DNA of 44,926 bases, taken from a virus. The DNA lies in the IMG/VR virus record IMGVR_UViG_3300045119_000122, positions 1 through 44,926 of that record. One strand, written 5' to 3'. This document shows positions 14,998 through 25,600 of the stretch, piece by piece. The position numbers and the translations under genes were made by a program. Under the pieces are notes generated by a model, which worked only from the letters and a program-made list of their open reading frames with translations, was not told the origin of the DNA and did no database searches. Each line of letters starts with the position of its first letter. Position 1 is the first letter of the stretch.

Positions 14998-15254
14998 GTA
15001 TGACTCAAGAGCAAAGAGATTTAGTTCTTAAAAAATTTGCTGAGGGAATTGCTAGTAAAGCTCTGGGAATTGCTTGGTATGATACTGAATCTCAAGCCAG
15101 AACTGTGGCTCAAGCTTCGGCTGAGGCGCTACTTGCTGTAGTAATGAAAGCTCTCGTAGTAAAGAATGCTGAAAATAGTTATGAATACCACAAAGCTGTG
15201 GGCGAGTTAGTTGAATTAATTATTGGAGATCTGCCCGATGGCCAACCTCAGTGA
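14994..15254 (+). CDS. Hypothetical protein, 86 aa
   Basis: ATGA overlap with the upstream gene. Confidence 0.6.
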   Translation: MSMTQEQRDLVLKKFAEGIASKALGIAWYDTESQARTVAQASAEALLAVVMKALVVKNAENSYEYHKAVGELVELIIGDLPDGQPQ

Positions 15255-16035
15255 ACTGAAAGAGACAAAGGTAAAGCACATAATGCTGTTTGGTCCGCCC
15301 AAGTCTGGTAAGACTAAGCGTGCAGGTGAGCTGGCTAAGTACAAGAAATTAAAGTGGTTTGACATTGAGAAAGGGTTTGGCACTCTCTTTCAATTGCCAG
15401 CTGAGGTGCAAAAGAATGTGGAGCTGTTTCACATTCCAGATACTACCGATGCACCAATGGCGATTGAGACAATACTCAAGATTGTCAAAGGTGCTAAGGT
15501 TAGTTTCTGTGAGAAGCATGGTAAGGTGACTTGCCCACTTTGTGCTAAAGCTAATGCCGAAGTGCCTAACTCAGCGGTGATTAATACTATCGAGCTGAAC
15601 GCCCTTGACAGTGACGAGTGTTTTGTAATAGACTCTGCAACACAGCTAAGGCAATCGGCAATGAATCACATTGCTAAAGGTAAGCCAGTTGATTACAAGT
15701 TTGAGTTTGATGACTGGGCTAAACTTGGCAGACTGATGGATATATTCTTCAGTTACATTCAGAACGCAACTTATAATGCCATTGTAATTAGCCACGAAGA
15801 CGAAGTTAAAATGGTTGATGGTGCAACTAAGTTGGTGCCAGTTGGTGGTACTACCAAGTTCTCCCGCAATGTGGCTAAGTACTTTGATGAAGTCATTTAC
15901 TTCCGGGTAGTTAACGGCAAGCACAAGATGGCTAGCAGCACAGCAACAGACAACAATATTCTGACCGGCAGTCGTGCTAACATAGACTTCGGTAAGATGG
16001 AAGATCCTAGCTTGCACTTGTTGTGGGAAAGCTAG
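15238..16035 (+). CDS. AAA_24/Sak4-like P-loop ATPase (recombination-associated)
   Basis: Walker A GPPKSGKT and Walker B CFVIDSAT. Sits next to the nuclease and the SSB-like gene. Confidence 0.65.
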   Translation: MANLSELKETKVKHIMLFGPPKSGKTKRAGELAKYKKLKWFDIEKGFGTLFQLPAEVQKNVELFHIPDTTDAPMAIETILKIVKGAKVSFCEKHGKVTCPLCAKANAEVPNSAVINTIELNALDSDECFVIDSATQLRQSAMNHIAKGKPVDYKFEFDDWAKLGRLMDIFFSYIQNATYNAIVISHEDEVKMVDGATKLVPVGGTTKFSRNVAKYFDEVIYFRVVNGKHKMASSTATDNNILTGSRANIDFGKMEDPSLHLLWES

Positions 16036-16113
16036 TAGGCAGTAGCAACGCAGTAACAGTAGTACCTTGTAACAAACCAAACCTAAATATTAAATAGCAA
16101 AGTGAGAAATAAA

Positions 16114-16596
16114 ATGTCCGATATCATGAACCTGCTCGACGCTAACCTGGAAGATCTGGCTGACATGCAGAAGTTTGAACCGCTTCCGGCTGGTTCGTAT
16201 CGTCAAGTAGTCTCGTGGGAAGTTCCTCCAAGTGATGACAAGGTAACTGTAGTGATGACTCTGGAAGTTAAAGATTGCATCGAAGTTCCTGACGTAGCAG
16301 AAGAAGATCTGCCAGCAGTTGGTAAGAAAGCTACTTTCTGGATGGATCTGCAAATGAAAGATGGCAGCCCAATTCTGTGGAAAGATGGCACTCCTAATAC
16401 CAGCGGCCAAGGCATGTTTAAAGAAGTGCTGAAAGCTCTGGCTCCAGTGTTTAACCCAGAAGGTACTCTGTCTAACCGTGAAGTGATCGAAGCTTCGGGC
16501 GGCGCTGAAGTGCTGACTACCTTGAAAGTCAAGGCTAGCAAGTCTGATCCAGACAGCAAGTGGAATGTTATCAAAACTCTGGTGCTGGCTGACTAA
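16114..16596 (+). CDS. DUF669-like putative ssDNA-binding protein
   Basis: The N-terminal ...FEPLPAGSYRQVV... pattern is typical of DUF669 proteins that accompany AAA_24 ATPases. Acidic, with biased codons and a strong terminator. Confidence 0.5.
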   Translation: MSDIMNLLDANLEDLADMQKFEPLPAGSYRQVVSWEVPPSDDKVTVVMTLEVKDCIEVPDVAEEDLPAVGKKATFWMDLQMKDGSPILWKDGTPNTSGQGMFKEVLKALAPVFNPEGTLSNREVIEASGGAEVLTTLKVKASKSDPDSKWNVIKTLVLAD

Positions 16597-16617
16597 CCAG
16601 CTGCATTAGGTAACAAG

Positions 16618-16653
16618 AAACCCCGGTATAGTTAATAGCTTGCCGGGGTTTTT
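16618..16653 (+). terminator. Rho-independent terminator
   Basis: AAACCCCGG...CCGGGGTTT stem, then a T-run. Confidence 0.75.
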
Positions 16654-16736
16654 CAGCATCAGCACCGAGAGTTTTTAATCAAGTCAGCAATGACGCTGCT
16701 TTGCTTAAGAGCTTTGAGAGTAACAGGAGTCATAAG

Positions 16737-19106
16737 GTGACTAGTCAAAGTATTGCAATAACCAGGCAGAACCGCGAGGTAGCTGCTAAGAAAAACATTC
16801 TACTCTGGGTAGATTGGGAAGACAAGCCATATGTATCTAAGCTGAGCAAAGTATTTGCTTCGGCAAACATTCGCGTGCATGATGGTGCACCAGAAGCGTT
16901 AGAGATTGTAGCTAAGGCTTGCAAGGATAAAGGGTTTACCAGCATTGTAACTACCAGACTAGATGTTCTGATTAAGTTACTGCCAGCTGGGCGCGTACAG
17001 AAAGCCAAGATTAAAAACTACACAGGTAGTTTAATTCCATTCTGTGGTGTGGAGTTTCTAATCCTGCCACCGCTGAAGCAGCTGGTTACAGTTGAGTATG
17101 GCGAATGGATGGTTAAACATCTGTGTGGTAAGGTACTGTATCCAGAGAAGTGGCGTAAGACTTCTGAGTTTCGTTGGTGGCTAGTAGAGTCAGGCTCTGA
17201 CTTTGTTAAAGCGCTTAACCGTCTGGAGCACTGTGACTTAATCTCGGTGGATACTGAGACAGTCCGGAATCCACGGCCAGCAATTGAGTTGGTACAATAC
17301 ACTGGATTTAAGTTTGCGACTAACGAGTCTTGGACTTATGTAGTGCCAATGAACAAGATGGAAGCTGTTAAGTTCATGCGGCAAGCCAATGCACTGGACG
17401 TACCTAAGGTATTACAGAATGGTAAGTACGACTGTGCTTACTTCTTTGCTTACAGCGCACCATTGACGGCATACTACTATGATCTCAAGAATGCAATGCA
17501 CGCCCAATACTCAGAGCTCCCAAAAGACTTGGCATTCAGTTCGAGTATTTGGATTAGGGAAATTATGTATTGGAAAGATCTGTCAAGTTCTGGAGATTCC
17601 CAAGACAAGTTTCGGTATGGCGCACTGGATACGTGGGCAACAGGTGAAGCTTTTATTGCCTGGCTTGAGCAAGCACCAGACTACGCTAAGTCAAACTACC
17701 TTGAAGAATTTCTACTTGTTCCCAGTCTCCATATGTGTGAGATGCGGGGGATTAAGCGGGACATGCCAAGGCTATATGAAGCAGCAGAAGCTGGAGCTAT
17801 CAAGCTCGACGCAATCTTGCGTGAAGTCCGTGCACTAGTTGGCAGTCCTAGATTTAACCCCAGCTCGCCAGATCAATGTGTACGTTTAATCTGTGCAATG
17901 ACTGGCGCTAAGTTGCCAGACAAATCAATCAAAGTTAAGGACATGACTCCTGAGCAAAAGCGGGAGCGCCAGTCCTCAGCTGAGAAAGCGATTGTAAAAG
18001 CTAGTTATGCACACCCACTTAACGAACGAGTGCTTGGTAAGATTCTTGAGTATCGTGGATTGCGTAAAGAATTGAGTACTTACTTACCATTAGCCGAGAA
18101 AGCTAAAGAGTTTGGTGCGGGAAACCGTGCGAGAATTCTTTACTCACTTAACCCTGATGGTACTGACAGTGGCAGGCTTGCATCTAAGTCTCACCATTTC
18201 TGGTGTGGATTGCAGATTCAGAATATCAGTTCTGATGGTGCCTGCAAATCAACTTTAATCGCTGATGATGGATTCCACTTTGGTGAAGCAGACTACTCCC
18301 AGGCTGAAGATCGTGGAGTTGCCTTCAGTTCTGGTGATCCTGCCTTGCTAGATATCTTTGAGCGTGGAGTAGACAGCCATAGTTTCAAAGCTGCAATGTT
18401 CTTTGGTATGCCGTACGAAGAGATTTATCAGGCAGCAACTCCAGAGTATATTGATGAAGCCACTGGTGAGATAATCCCAGCAAAGAAAAAGAAAGTATTG
18501 CAGCCTGACATTCGTCAGCTAGGCAAACGTATTAACCATGGCGCAAACTACAACATGGGTGCACAAGTTCTATTAGAAACTATGGGCCCTAAAGCAACTC
18601 GTGAAGCTCAGAGACTTCTGAAACTTCCTGCTCGCTATACACTGATTGAAGTATGTAAGTATCTTCTGCTGTGTTACGAGAAAGCATTTCCGACTGTAAA
18701 GACTGATTATTATAGAAGCATTAAACTGCAAATTAAGCAAACTAAAATGATGGTGTCAGATACCGGATGGGTGCGCTACTGCTTCGGCGATCCCGAAAAA
18801 AGTAAGCCAGCTCTGAATAAGTATGTGGCACATAAGACTCAAAACTTAAACGCAATGATCCTTAATAGAGCCTGGCTAGTTATATTCCGCGAGCTAGGTT
18901 TTAATCCCAACTTTAAACTCCTCGCTCAAATCCATGACTCGATCCTGTTTCAGTACCGTATCGGACACGAATACTTAGCTGAACGAGTCAAGGAACTAAT
19001 GACATTCCCTGTACCAATCACGGACTGCAAGGGAATCACAAGAGACTTAATAGTCCCGGTTGATATCAAGTTACTGGGACGTACTTGGGCAGGTACAAAT
19101 GAATGA
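16737..19106 (+). CDS. Family A DNA polymerase with a 3'-5' exonuclease domain
   Basis: Exo I SVDTET, Exo III YGALDTWA, motif A ADYSQAEDR, motif B RQLGKRINHGANYNMG, motif C QIHDSILF. The GTG at 16737 follows AGGAG. The track start at 16701 is a TTG. Confidence 0.9.
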   Translation: MTSQSIAITRQNREVAAKKNILLWVDWEDKPYVSKLSKVFASANIRVHDGAPEALEIVAKACKDKGFTSIVTTRLDVLIKLLPAGRVQKAKIKNYTGSLIPFCGVEFLILPPLKQLVTVEYGEWMVKHLCGKVLYPEKWRKTSEFRWWLVESGSDFVKALNRLEHCDLISVDTETVRNPRPAIELVQYTGFKFATNESWTYVVPMNKMEAVKFMRQANALDVPKVLQNGKYDCAYFFAYSAPLTAYYYDLKNAMHAQYSELPKDLAFSSSIWIREIMYWKDLSSSGDSQDKFRYGALDTWATGEAFIAWLEQAPDYAKSNYLEEFLLVPSLHMCEMRGIKRDMPRLYEAAEAGAIKLDAILREVRALVGSPRFNPSSPDQCVRLICAMTGAKLPDKSIKVKDMTPEQKRERQSSAEKAIVKASYAHPLNERVLGKILEYRGLRKELSTYLPLAEKAKEFGAGNRARILYSLNPDGTDSGRLASKSHHFWCGLQIQNISSDGACKSTLIADDGFHFGEADYSQAEDRGVAFSSGDPALLDIFERGVDSHSFKAAMFFGMPYEEIYQAATPEYIDEATGEIIPAKKKKVLQPDIRQLGKRINHGANYNMGAQVLLETMGPKATREAQRLLKLPARYTLIEVCKYLLLCYEKAFPTVKTDYYRSIKLQIKQTKMMVSDTGWVRYCFGDPEKSKPALNKYVAHKTQNLNAMILNRAWLVIFRELGFNPNFKLLAQIHDSILFQYRIGHEYLAERVKELMTFPVPITDCKGITRDLIVPVDIKLLGRTWAGTNE

Positions 19107-20415
19107 GCAAGCCAGAGTCAGTAGGCTTAGAGTCAGTGACAGTGACAACCCATACGTTAATCCTGACGGATCGACAGACTTCTTTAACGATTACATTACG
19201 TACACAGGGGGAACAGAAGTCCCAGCTCACGCTAACCGTTGGTCAGCAATCGGTATGCTGGGAGCATGGCTTGGAAGGGATATTTTCATTAGATACGGAT
19301 CATCTAAACTCTATGCTAATCAGTATATCATGCTACTCGGGGAAGCGGGATCAAAGAAGTCTACCGCTATTAAGACAGCTAAGCGAACTCTTAAGGCTGC
19401 TGGCTATTCAACATTCTCAGCTGAGAAAATTTCAAAAGAGAAATTCTTAGAAGAGTTATCCAAAGATAAATCTGGTGGAATGGAATCCAGTTTCACACCA
19501 AACATTCTAGATCAACAACTCTGGGGAGACTTGGATGAATCAGATTACAGGCAAGTCTGGGTTACAGCTGATGAATTCAATGAGTTCTTTGCCAACAACA
19601 TTCTTGAATTCTGCTCCACGCTCGGCAACCTGTGGGACTACGATGGGATATACGAGAACTCTGTTAAACACGGAGCCTCAGTTGTTATCCCTAACCCCAC
19701 TGTTAGCATTCTTTCCGGTAACACGCCAACAACTTTTGCTGGGACATTCCCCATCGAAGCAGTTGGACAAGGATTCTTCAGCCGAGTTCTGGCAGTCCAT
19801 ATTAAAGGATCTGGACGCAAGATTATTAGACCTAGAGAACCCTCAGAAGCAGAGACCGAATCAATCATTGCTAGACTACTGGAGATTAAGAACTACCACA
19901 CAGGGGAAGTTACCATCACGGAAGATTCCTGGGCTTTACTAGATAGGATATACCAAGCATGGAAACCAATCCCAGATTCTCGATTCATATCTTACGGAGG
20001 TCGGCGAGTAACTCACCTGTTGAAACTCGCACTGATACATGCAGCTTCTAGGCTTAGTAAAACTATTGATCCGATTGATATCCGTCGGGCTAATACTGTA
20101 CTTGATTACACAGAACACTTTATGCCAGAAGCCTTTGGTGAATTCGGAACATCCCGAAACTCTGGGATGACACATAAGATTCTTAAGGAACTGGAGATTT
20201 CAGATGAGTTACTTAACATTCATGATCTGTGGGCTAAGGTACAGCTAGACTTTGATAAGCTAGACAGTTATCAGAGTCATGTGATGGGTATGATACAAGC
20301 AGGTAAAATCCAAATGGCAGGTGACAAGTTGTTACCGGCTAAGCGGGTACTTAAAACTCCGGTAACTGAATATCTTGATTACCGGTATATGGTTGATGAA
20401 GAGCGTGGGGCGTAA
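19099..20415 (+). CDS. P-loop NTPase, putative replicative (SF3/D5-like) helicase
   Basis: Walker A GEAGSKKST, Walker B-like WVTADEF and motif C-like ILSGNTP. The ATG overlaps the polymerase stop (ATGAATGA). Confidence 0.5.
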   Translation: MNEQARVSRLRVSDSDNPYVNPDGSTDFFNDYITYTGGTEVPAHANRWSAIGMLGAWLGRDIFIRYGSSKLYANQYIMLLGEAGSKKSTAIKTAKRTLKAAGYSTFSAEKISKEKFLEELSKDKSGGMESSFTPNILDQQLWGDLDESDYRQVWVTADEFNEFFANNILEFCSTLGNLWDYDGIYENSVKHGASVVIPNPTVSILSGNTPTTFAGTFPIEAVGQGFFSRVLAVHIKGSGRKIIRPREPSEAETESIIARLLEIKNYHTGEVTITEDSWALLDRIYQAWKPIPDSRFISYGGRRVTHLLKLALIHAASRLSKTIDPIDIRRANTVLDYTEHFMPEAFGEFGTSRNSGMTHKILKELEISDELLNIHDLWAKVQLDFDKLDSYQSHVMGMIQAGKIQMAGDKLLPAKRVLKTPVTEYLDYRYMVDEERGA

Positions 20416-20434
20416 TGCCCCTTAGGAGATTGTA

Positions 20435-20968
20435 ATGGCTAGTACCTTGATTGTGTTAGATTATATGTTTCACGGTGTTCGTTGTTCAGAAAAAGAATAT
20501 AATTATTTACTAGAAGCTTACAAGGGAGTAACAAATCCTTTTGTAAATGAAATTGAAAACTCTCTACAGTGGTTCCGAGATGGCTGTCCGGGTCCCAAAG
20601 TAAGTAAACAATTGCTTGAATCAGCTGCACGACATGAAGTTAGTAAACTCGTGGAACCACAAGTAGCTAGCAGTGTGGAAGCAACTCTAGCTCAACGCGG
20701 TTCCCGTTACGGTGATTTCACGGATCATGCTAGATTGTGCCAAGCGTTGCAGCAAGAGTTGCAAGAATTCAAACCTATTAGCGAGCCTGCTGGTGCAGTA
20801 ACTAAATGGGAGAAGCTATCTCCTGTTCAGCGCCAAGCACTTACAGTTATTATGGATAAAGTAGCACGTATCCTTACTGGTGATCCTAACTACGATGACA
20901 ACTGGCATGACATTCAAGGTTATGCTAAGCTTGTTGAAGATCGTTTGCCTAAGAAGGAATCGCACTAA
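20435..20968 (+). CDS. Hypothetical protein whose C-terminal half is DUF6378-like
   Basis: Pattern RGSRYGDF...IMDKVARILTGDPNYDDNWHDIQGYAKL, recalled from phage DUF6378 proteins. Not searched. Confidence 0.4.
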   Translation: MASTLIVLDYMFHGVRCSEKEYNYLLEAYKGVTNPFVNEIENSLQWFRDGCPGPKVSKQLLESAARHEVSKLVEPQVASSVEATLAQRGSRYGDFTDHARLCQALQQELQEFKPISEPAGAVTKWEKLSPVQRQALTVIMDKVARILTGDPNYDDNWHDIQGYAKLVEDRLPKKESH

Positions 20969-21543
20969 TGGCAACTCCATCTCGCAAATACAAACCTAAA
21001 GCTCACGGTGTACTAGACATTGAAACACTGTCCACTGACAAGCGTGCCGCAATTGTCCACATGGCGATAGTAATTGCCTATGGTGGTGGCGGACATAATC
21101 AATGGGAAGCATTCATTAAACCTAGTGAGTACGTAGGTTCCCAGTTTGAAATTGACCAAGACACTTGGAACTGGCACGAGAAAGAGCATCCCGGATATCT
21201 TACAATGTGTGAGGAGCGGGGAGTAACTCTGGCTGAGGCGCTGCAAGGTCTGGTAGCTTTCATGGCTGACTACGCAACCGAGTTTGAACTTCACATGTGG
21301 TCGCAAGGTAAAGACTTTGATTTCCCAATTGTGGATTGGGCATTGAAGAATGCGGGACTTAATGCACCTTGGACTTATAGCCGAGTGCACTGTCTGCGTG
21401 ATTTGGTTTGGTTGAATCCAACTAGCCGAGTAAGTGGCACTCAGCAAGATAAGCACAACGCACTTAGCGATGCACAGTGGGAAGCAGGTCAGCTGCGAGC
21501 TGTGATTGCTAATTCAAATTGGTATCAGAGACTATTCTCATGA
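20968..21543 (+). CDS. DEDDh-type 3'-5' exonuclease
   Basis: VLDIETLS (DxE), KDFDFPIV and HNALSDAQ (Hx4D). TAATG coupling. Confidence 0.6.
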   Translation: MATPSRKYKPKAHGVLDIETLSTDKRAAIVHMAIVIAYGGGGHNQWEAFIKPSEYVGSQFEIDQDTWNWHEKEHPGYLTMCEERGVTLAEALQGLVAFMADYATEFELHMWSQGKDFDFPIVDWALKNAGLNAPWTYSRVHCLRDLVWLNPTSRVSGTQQDKHNALSDAQWEAGQLRAVIANSNWYQRLFS

Positions 21544-21746
21544 GCCAAAAAGATAACCTACAACAGACCTATCTTATTTACTATCAAGTATATACAGATG
21601 GAAAATTAGTCGCTCACGGCAACATAACCTCAACGAATCAATTTACTCCGTTACTCAGTTTAAGTGATGAGTGGAGAGAGTGGATTGCAAAAACAAATAA
21701 CTACAGTGAGAAAGATATTTTTATTGTAGGAGTATTTAAGCTATGA
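21540..21746 (+). CDS. Hypothetical protein, 68 aa
   Basis: ATGA overlap start within track ORF 21519..21746. Confidence 0.55.
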   Translation: MSQKDNLQQTYLIYYQVYTDGKLVAHGNITSTNQFTPLLSLSDEWREWIAKTNNYSEKDIFIVGVFKL

Positions 21747-22108
21747 CCGAAATAGTAATGTATGATCCACGAATAACTGCACTAGCCCAAGAGGTTAATG
21801 CTCACCCTAAATTGCTAGCTCGTGTTAAGCTTGCACAAGACGAGGGAGCTAAAGCACACTCTATAATCTTCACCGGTAAAGCTGGTGATGCGGACATTCC
21901 AATCATCCAAGGATTCGAACAAGCTATTGGATTCTTGGCAGCAGAGGTAGGAATTCTACTAGATGGCATTTATAACTATGAAGCAATCTGCGATATCTGT
22001 GACAGGATTCGCCAGCGACTGGAGGAGAAACGGCTGGTGATAGTAAACACTCCTGATAGCCAAGAGCCTCACACACCTAGCATTATCATTCCACCTTACA
22101 TGCACTAG
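21743..22108 (+). CDS. Hypothetical protein, 121 aa
   Basis: ATGA overlap with the upstream gene. Confidence 0.65.
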   Translation: MTEIVMYDPRITALAQEVNAHPKLLARVKLAQDEGAKAHSIIFTGKAGDADIPIIQGFEQAIGFLAAEVGILLDGIYNYEAICDICDRIRQRLEEKRLVIVNTPDSQEPHTPSIIIPPYMH

Positions 22109-22118
22109 GAGATTCACC

Positions 22119-22343
22119 ATGAAACTTAAAATTCCCGCAACGACAGATTTACAAGTTGGTAATAAAATCCACGGTTACATTTACGGAGATACTCGAGGTA
22201 AATTCGCAGATGGTGAGTATGTAATTACTTCTACTGTCCAAGAGGTTTCGGCGGACGGTCTGGAAGTTAAAACTAGAAACAGTACTTACGAAATTGAACG
22301 TGTTAGTCAAGAAGAACTAATAGCTCTAGCCGTAAGTCAGTAA
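22119..22343 (+). CDS. Hypothetical protein, 74 aa (last gene of the plus arm)
   Basis: Track ORF. GGAGA SD. Confidence 0.6.
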   Translation: MKLKIPATTDLQVGNKIHGYIYGDTRGKFADGEYVITSTVQEVSADGLEVKTRNSTYEIERVSQEELIALAVSQ

Positions 22344-22364
22344 CTTTCCTCCAAACAAAAGAAA

Positions 22365-22400
22365 GCCCCGGTTCAGACTCGCATCTGCCGGGGCATTTTT
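22365..22400 (+). terminator. Rho-independent terminator of the plus arm
   Basis: GCCCCGG(22365-22371)/CCGGGGC(22388-22394), then TTTTT. Confidence 0.7.
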
Positions 22401-22449
22401 ACGTCTGCTGGAAATGTATGAAACTAACAGACAGTGTAACTAGAGCGTC

Positions 22450-22618
22450 GGCGCGCCCCCGCCGTAAGGGGATGCCGGCAAGGCGAAGCGTCACGAGGCT
22501 GTAGCACTAAGTCAATCACGCCTAGCGTAGGCCCGAAGGGCCGTAGCGGCTGATTGATCTTAGGGCAGCCGAGTGGTAAGCTAGCCAGGGCGGCAAGCCC
22601 CGTAGGTGGGTAGCGCCA
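22450..22618. repeat. GC-rich palindromic element, copy B (inverted relative to A, C and D) at the convergence of the two arms
   Basis: Reverse complements of the shared blocks: GGCGCGCC(22450-22457), AAGTCAAT(22509-22516), GCCTAGCG(22520-22527), apex GGCCC-GAA-GGGCC(22530-22542), TTGATCTT(22554-22561), GTAAGCTAGCC(22576-22586) and GCGCCA(22613-22618). Confidence 0.8.
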
Positions 22619-22628
22619 CAGAAACTAA

Positions 22629-25600
22629 CTAGAATCCATTAGCAGTCTCATTACTCAAGTCATCCCTACCACCTAACAACTCCTGCATGTATCTACTGTA
22701 CGGACTATTTAATCCATTGGCCAAAGCTTCTGCCCTACTCCTATCCGTATTTTTATACTGTTCCATAAACCAACTATTAAATCCAGTCTGCCTACCTCCC
22801 TTCTCCATATACTCCTGAGCAAACTTCCCAATCTGCTCAGAGTCTACACTACCACCTCCCTGTAAATTAAGTTTCAGCGCAGTGCCAAGCCGCTGCCTCT
22901 TCTCCCTATCTGCTGCCATATAACCTTGAACTCGGAAATAAGCATTAGATGTGATTGCCTCGTCAATTGGTTTAGCACCAGCAAGTCTAGTTAATGTGCC
23001 CCAACTTGCAAGATCATTAGTTCCCAAGATAGTTCCGTTAGCTTGAGTGCTTGTGACCTTACCATCCTCATTGGTAAATGCTCTAGCAGTCTGAGCCATA
23101 CCAGCCAATGGCCGGCTAAGTCCCATATGCTCTACACCATTAAGGAATGAGTTCCAAACTGGAGCACCGCCACTAATATCACTTAAGGTTTGTTTAGTAG
23201 ATCCAAACACTTTTGCGAAAGCGGAGATGAAAGGGATATCTCCAGGGTTAGTTGGGTTGGGAACAATACTCCAGGTTCTTGGGTTAGTGTCACCACGGGT
23301 AAACAAGGAAGCTCTAAGGACATTTGATGGGGCACCAAACATAAGCCAATCGGCACCTGCCTTACCGAAGATTGTATTGGTTGCACTGTAAAGATCCTTG
23401 TGTTCTGGATTGCCACTAGCGTTACCAACCAAGCTAGTATTAATCAAGTTGAATCCCGGCAAGCTAGATGCACCATACACACTGCCTTGCAAACCTGCTG
23501 CCATTGCTACTGCCTTACCATTACCTTCACCAATATAGCGGAACATCTGTTGCATCAAGTTAAATTGGTAAGATTGAAACAATCCCATTGCCTGACCAAT
23601 TGGACCTTGGAACATTAGTGGCCGCTCCGCTGCACGAATTACTCCGTTAACTCGATTCACAAAAGTATTCACATAAGCCCAGCCAACTTTCTCGTCAATT
23701 ACTCCAGCCTTAACTCCTACCTCAGTAATCTGTTTCATTACATCAGCAGTAATCAACCGGTTAAATTGTTCAGTCCAGCGGTTACCAGTAAACTTCTCAC
23801 CATACTTACCAAATGATTCCCAAGCCGCACTAAGCTGCTCAGACTTCTTAGACATATCATGGATACTTTCTTTACCAGTCAATGTCATAGCATCAAGTGA
23901 TTTGTAATACTGGTCACTGAGATCAGGCAACAATCCACGCAACTTGTATTCAGCTAGCAATGCTTCCCTTCCCTCACCGTGCAATCGTGCTAGACTATTT
24001 GCAATGAGCTTACTTGGAGATTTAATCAAGTCTCCTTCAACTCCTGGCACACCGATCTTCATGATCTGTGCTAGCTGACCTGCACCCTCAACACTTCCTT
24101 TCTCAATAGCGCCAGTAAGCGACTTCAACTCTGCACTAAACAAAACTGTATTACCCAGCAAGTTGTTCAATGCGTTAAATGGATCAAGCCGCAAAACTGT
24201 AGTAGTTAGAAATGCGTTAGACTTACGAATAAAACTAGTAAGCGTTCCGCGTGGCACACTGCTATTTGCCATAATGTTTGTAGCTGCATCATAGTAAGCA
24301 GTTTTAAATCCCAGTTCCTCAAAGACATTGTTAATCATCTCCGACTTCTCAGGAGTAAACTTACCTCCCTGACTAGTAAAGATGCTGGTAGCTTTGTCCC
24401 ATGCTTGGCTGACATACCGATCCAATGACTGATTAAGTGTATTCAGCAAAGGAACTTCGTCAATCTTAGTTATGTTAAGCATTGCCTTGACTTGCGCCAA
24501 GTACGGATTCTTATCGCTGGAAGTCACTACGTCGGTAACAGAATCCTTACCGGTTTTACTGCCAGCCACGTTAGTGAATTGATCACCCAGGCGTTTAAGT
24601 TCATTGGTTTCTTTTTCATACTTGGCAAGAACCATTTGCTTAATGAGTGTGTTCTCTTTAGCTGTATGATCTGCGAGCCAGCCGTTAACGATCTTACCGG
24701 GGTCGGTCTGCGGAAAGAATCTGGAACTAATTCCCCGTGAAACCAGATCATGGTCAATGTAGTTATCATGAAGTGTCTTGTCATAAATGTATTCCCCACG
24801 AGCATTGTAAAATTCTTCACTCTGCCCTTTAGTATATACTTTATATTCACTAGGAACTTTTGCAATCTGATCTTCCAACTCTTTACTGCTATTGGCAAAC
24901 AGCATTTTAGTGTGCCCAACACCAACAAGAGTTTCATCTTTAACAAAGGCTACATAACGATAGTCTCGTGGATTAGGACGAATTACCTGCCAAGTATCCA
25001 GAGCCTTATTATCTGTGTTACCTTGAACTGCATTAAGTTCTTTCCAACTCTGGTTGCGAGTACCATTCAATGCAATATGCAATTCCACTGCCTGCTTTAA
25101 CTCAGGAGAGTCTAGCAGAATTTCTTCTGGGGTTCCTTTAGCAAGCTCAACTGGTTTAACACTCTCACCTGCATCTAATGCTCGTTGATAGTCACGAATC
25201 TTTTGTGGAATCAGTGCATGTCCAGCGTCAGATAATACAAACTTCTCAGGTGTATTGGCAATGATTTCATTGATTGTACTGAACTTAACTGCAGCCTGTG
25301 GATTCTCAACCAACTTCAATGCAGCTGGATTAATCATGTCAGTGAGCTGGCTAATTTTAGTGCGGGTCAATTCACTGGTAAGGTTACCAATGTAACTGGT
25401 CATTGCTTCAAGTGAGCCATAGCTGCCACCAGCGTTAGTAAATACTCCTGCACCTGTGCCCGTACGATTGGCTGAGCGCAACAGATCCTCACTAATCTCT
25501 GGAAATGCTAGTCCAAGATCTCCAGCATAGTTTACAAATACTTTATTCGTAGCCTCGTTAGCAACCTTCTCACGATACTTAATAAGCGCCATACCATTAA

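Noticed and set aside
16090-16574. Minus-strand ORFs 16090..16410 and 16203..16574
   Set aside because: They are antisense to the codon-biased SSB-like gene and are shadow frames.
17479-19942. Same-strand alternative-frame ORFs inside the polymerase and helicase genes (17479..17838, 19103..19450, 19535..19942)
   Set aside because: Their products are Cys/Gln/Ser/Thr-rich with no SD or structural features. The host frames carry clear catalytic motifs.
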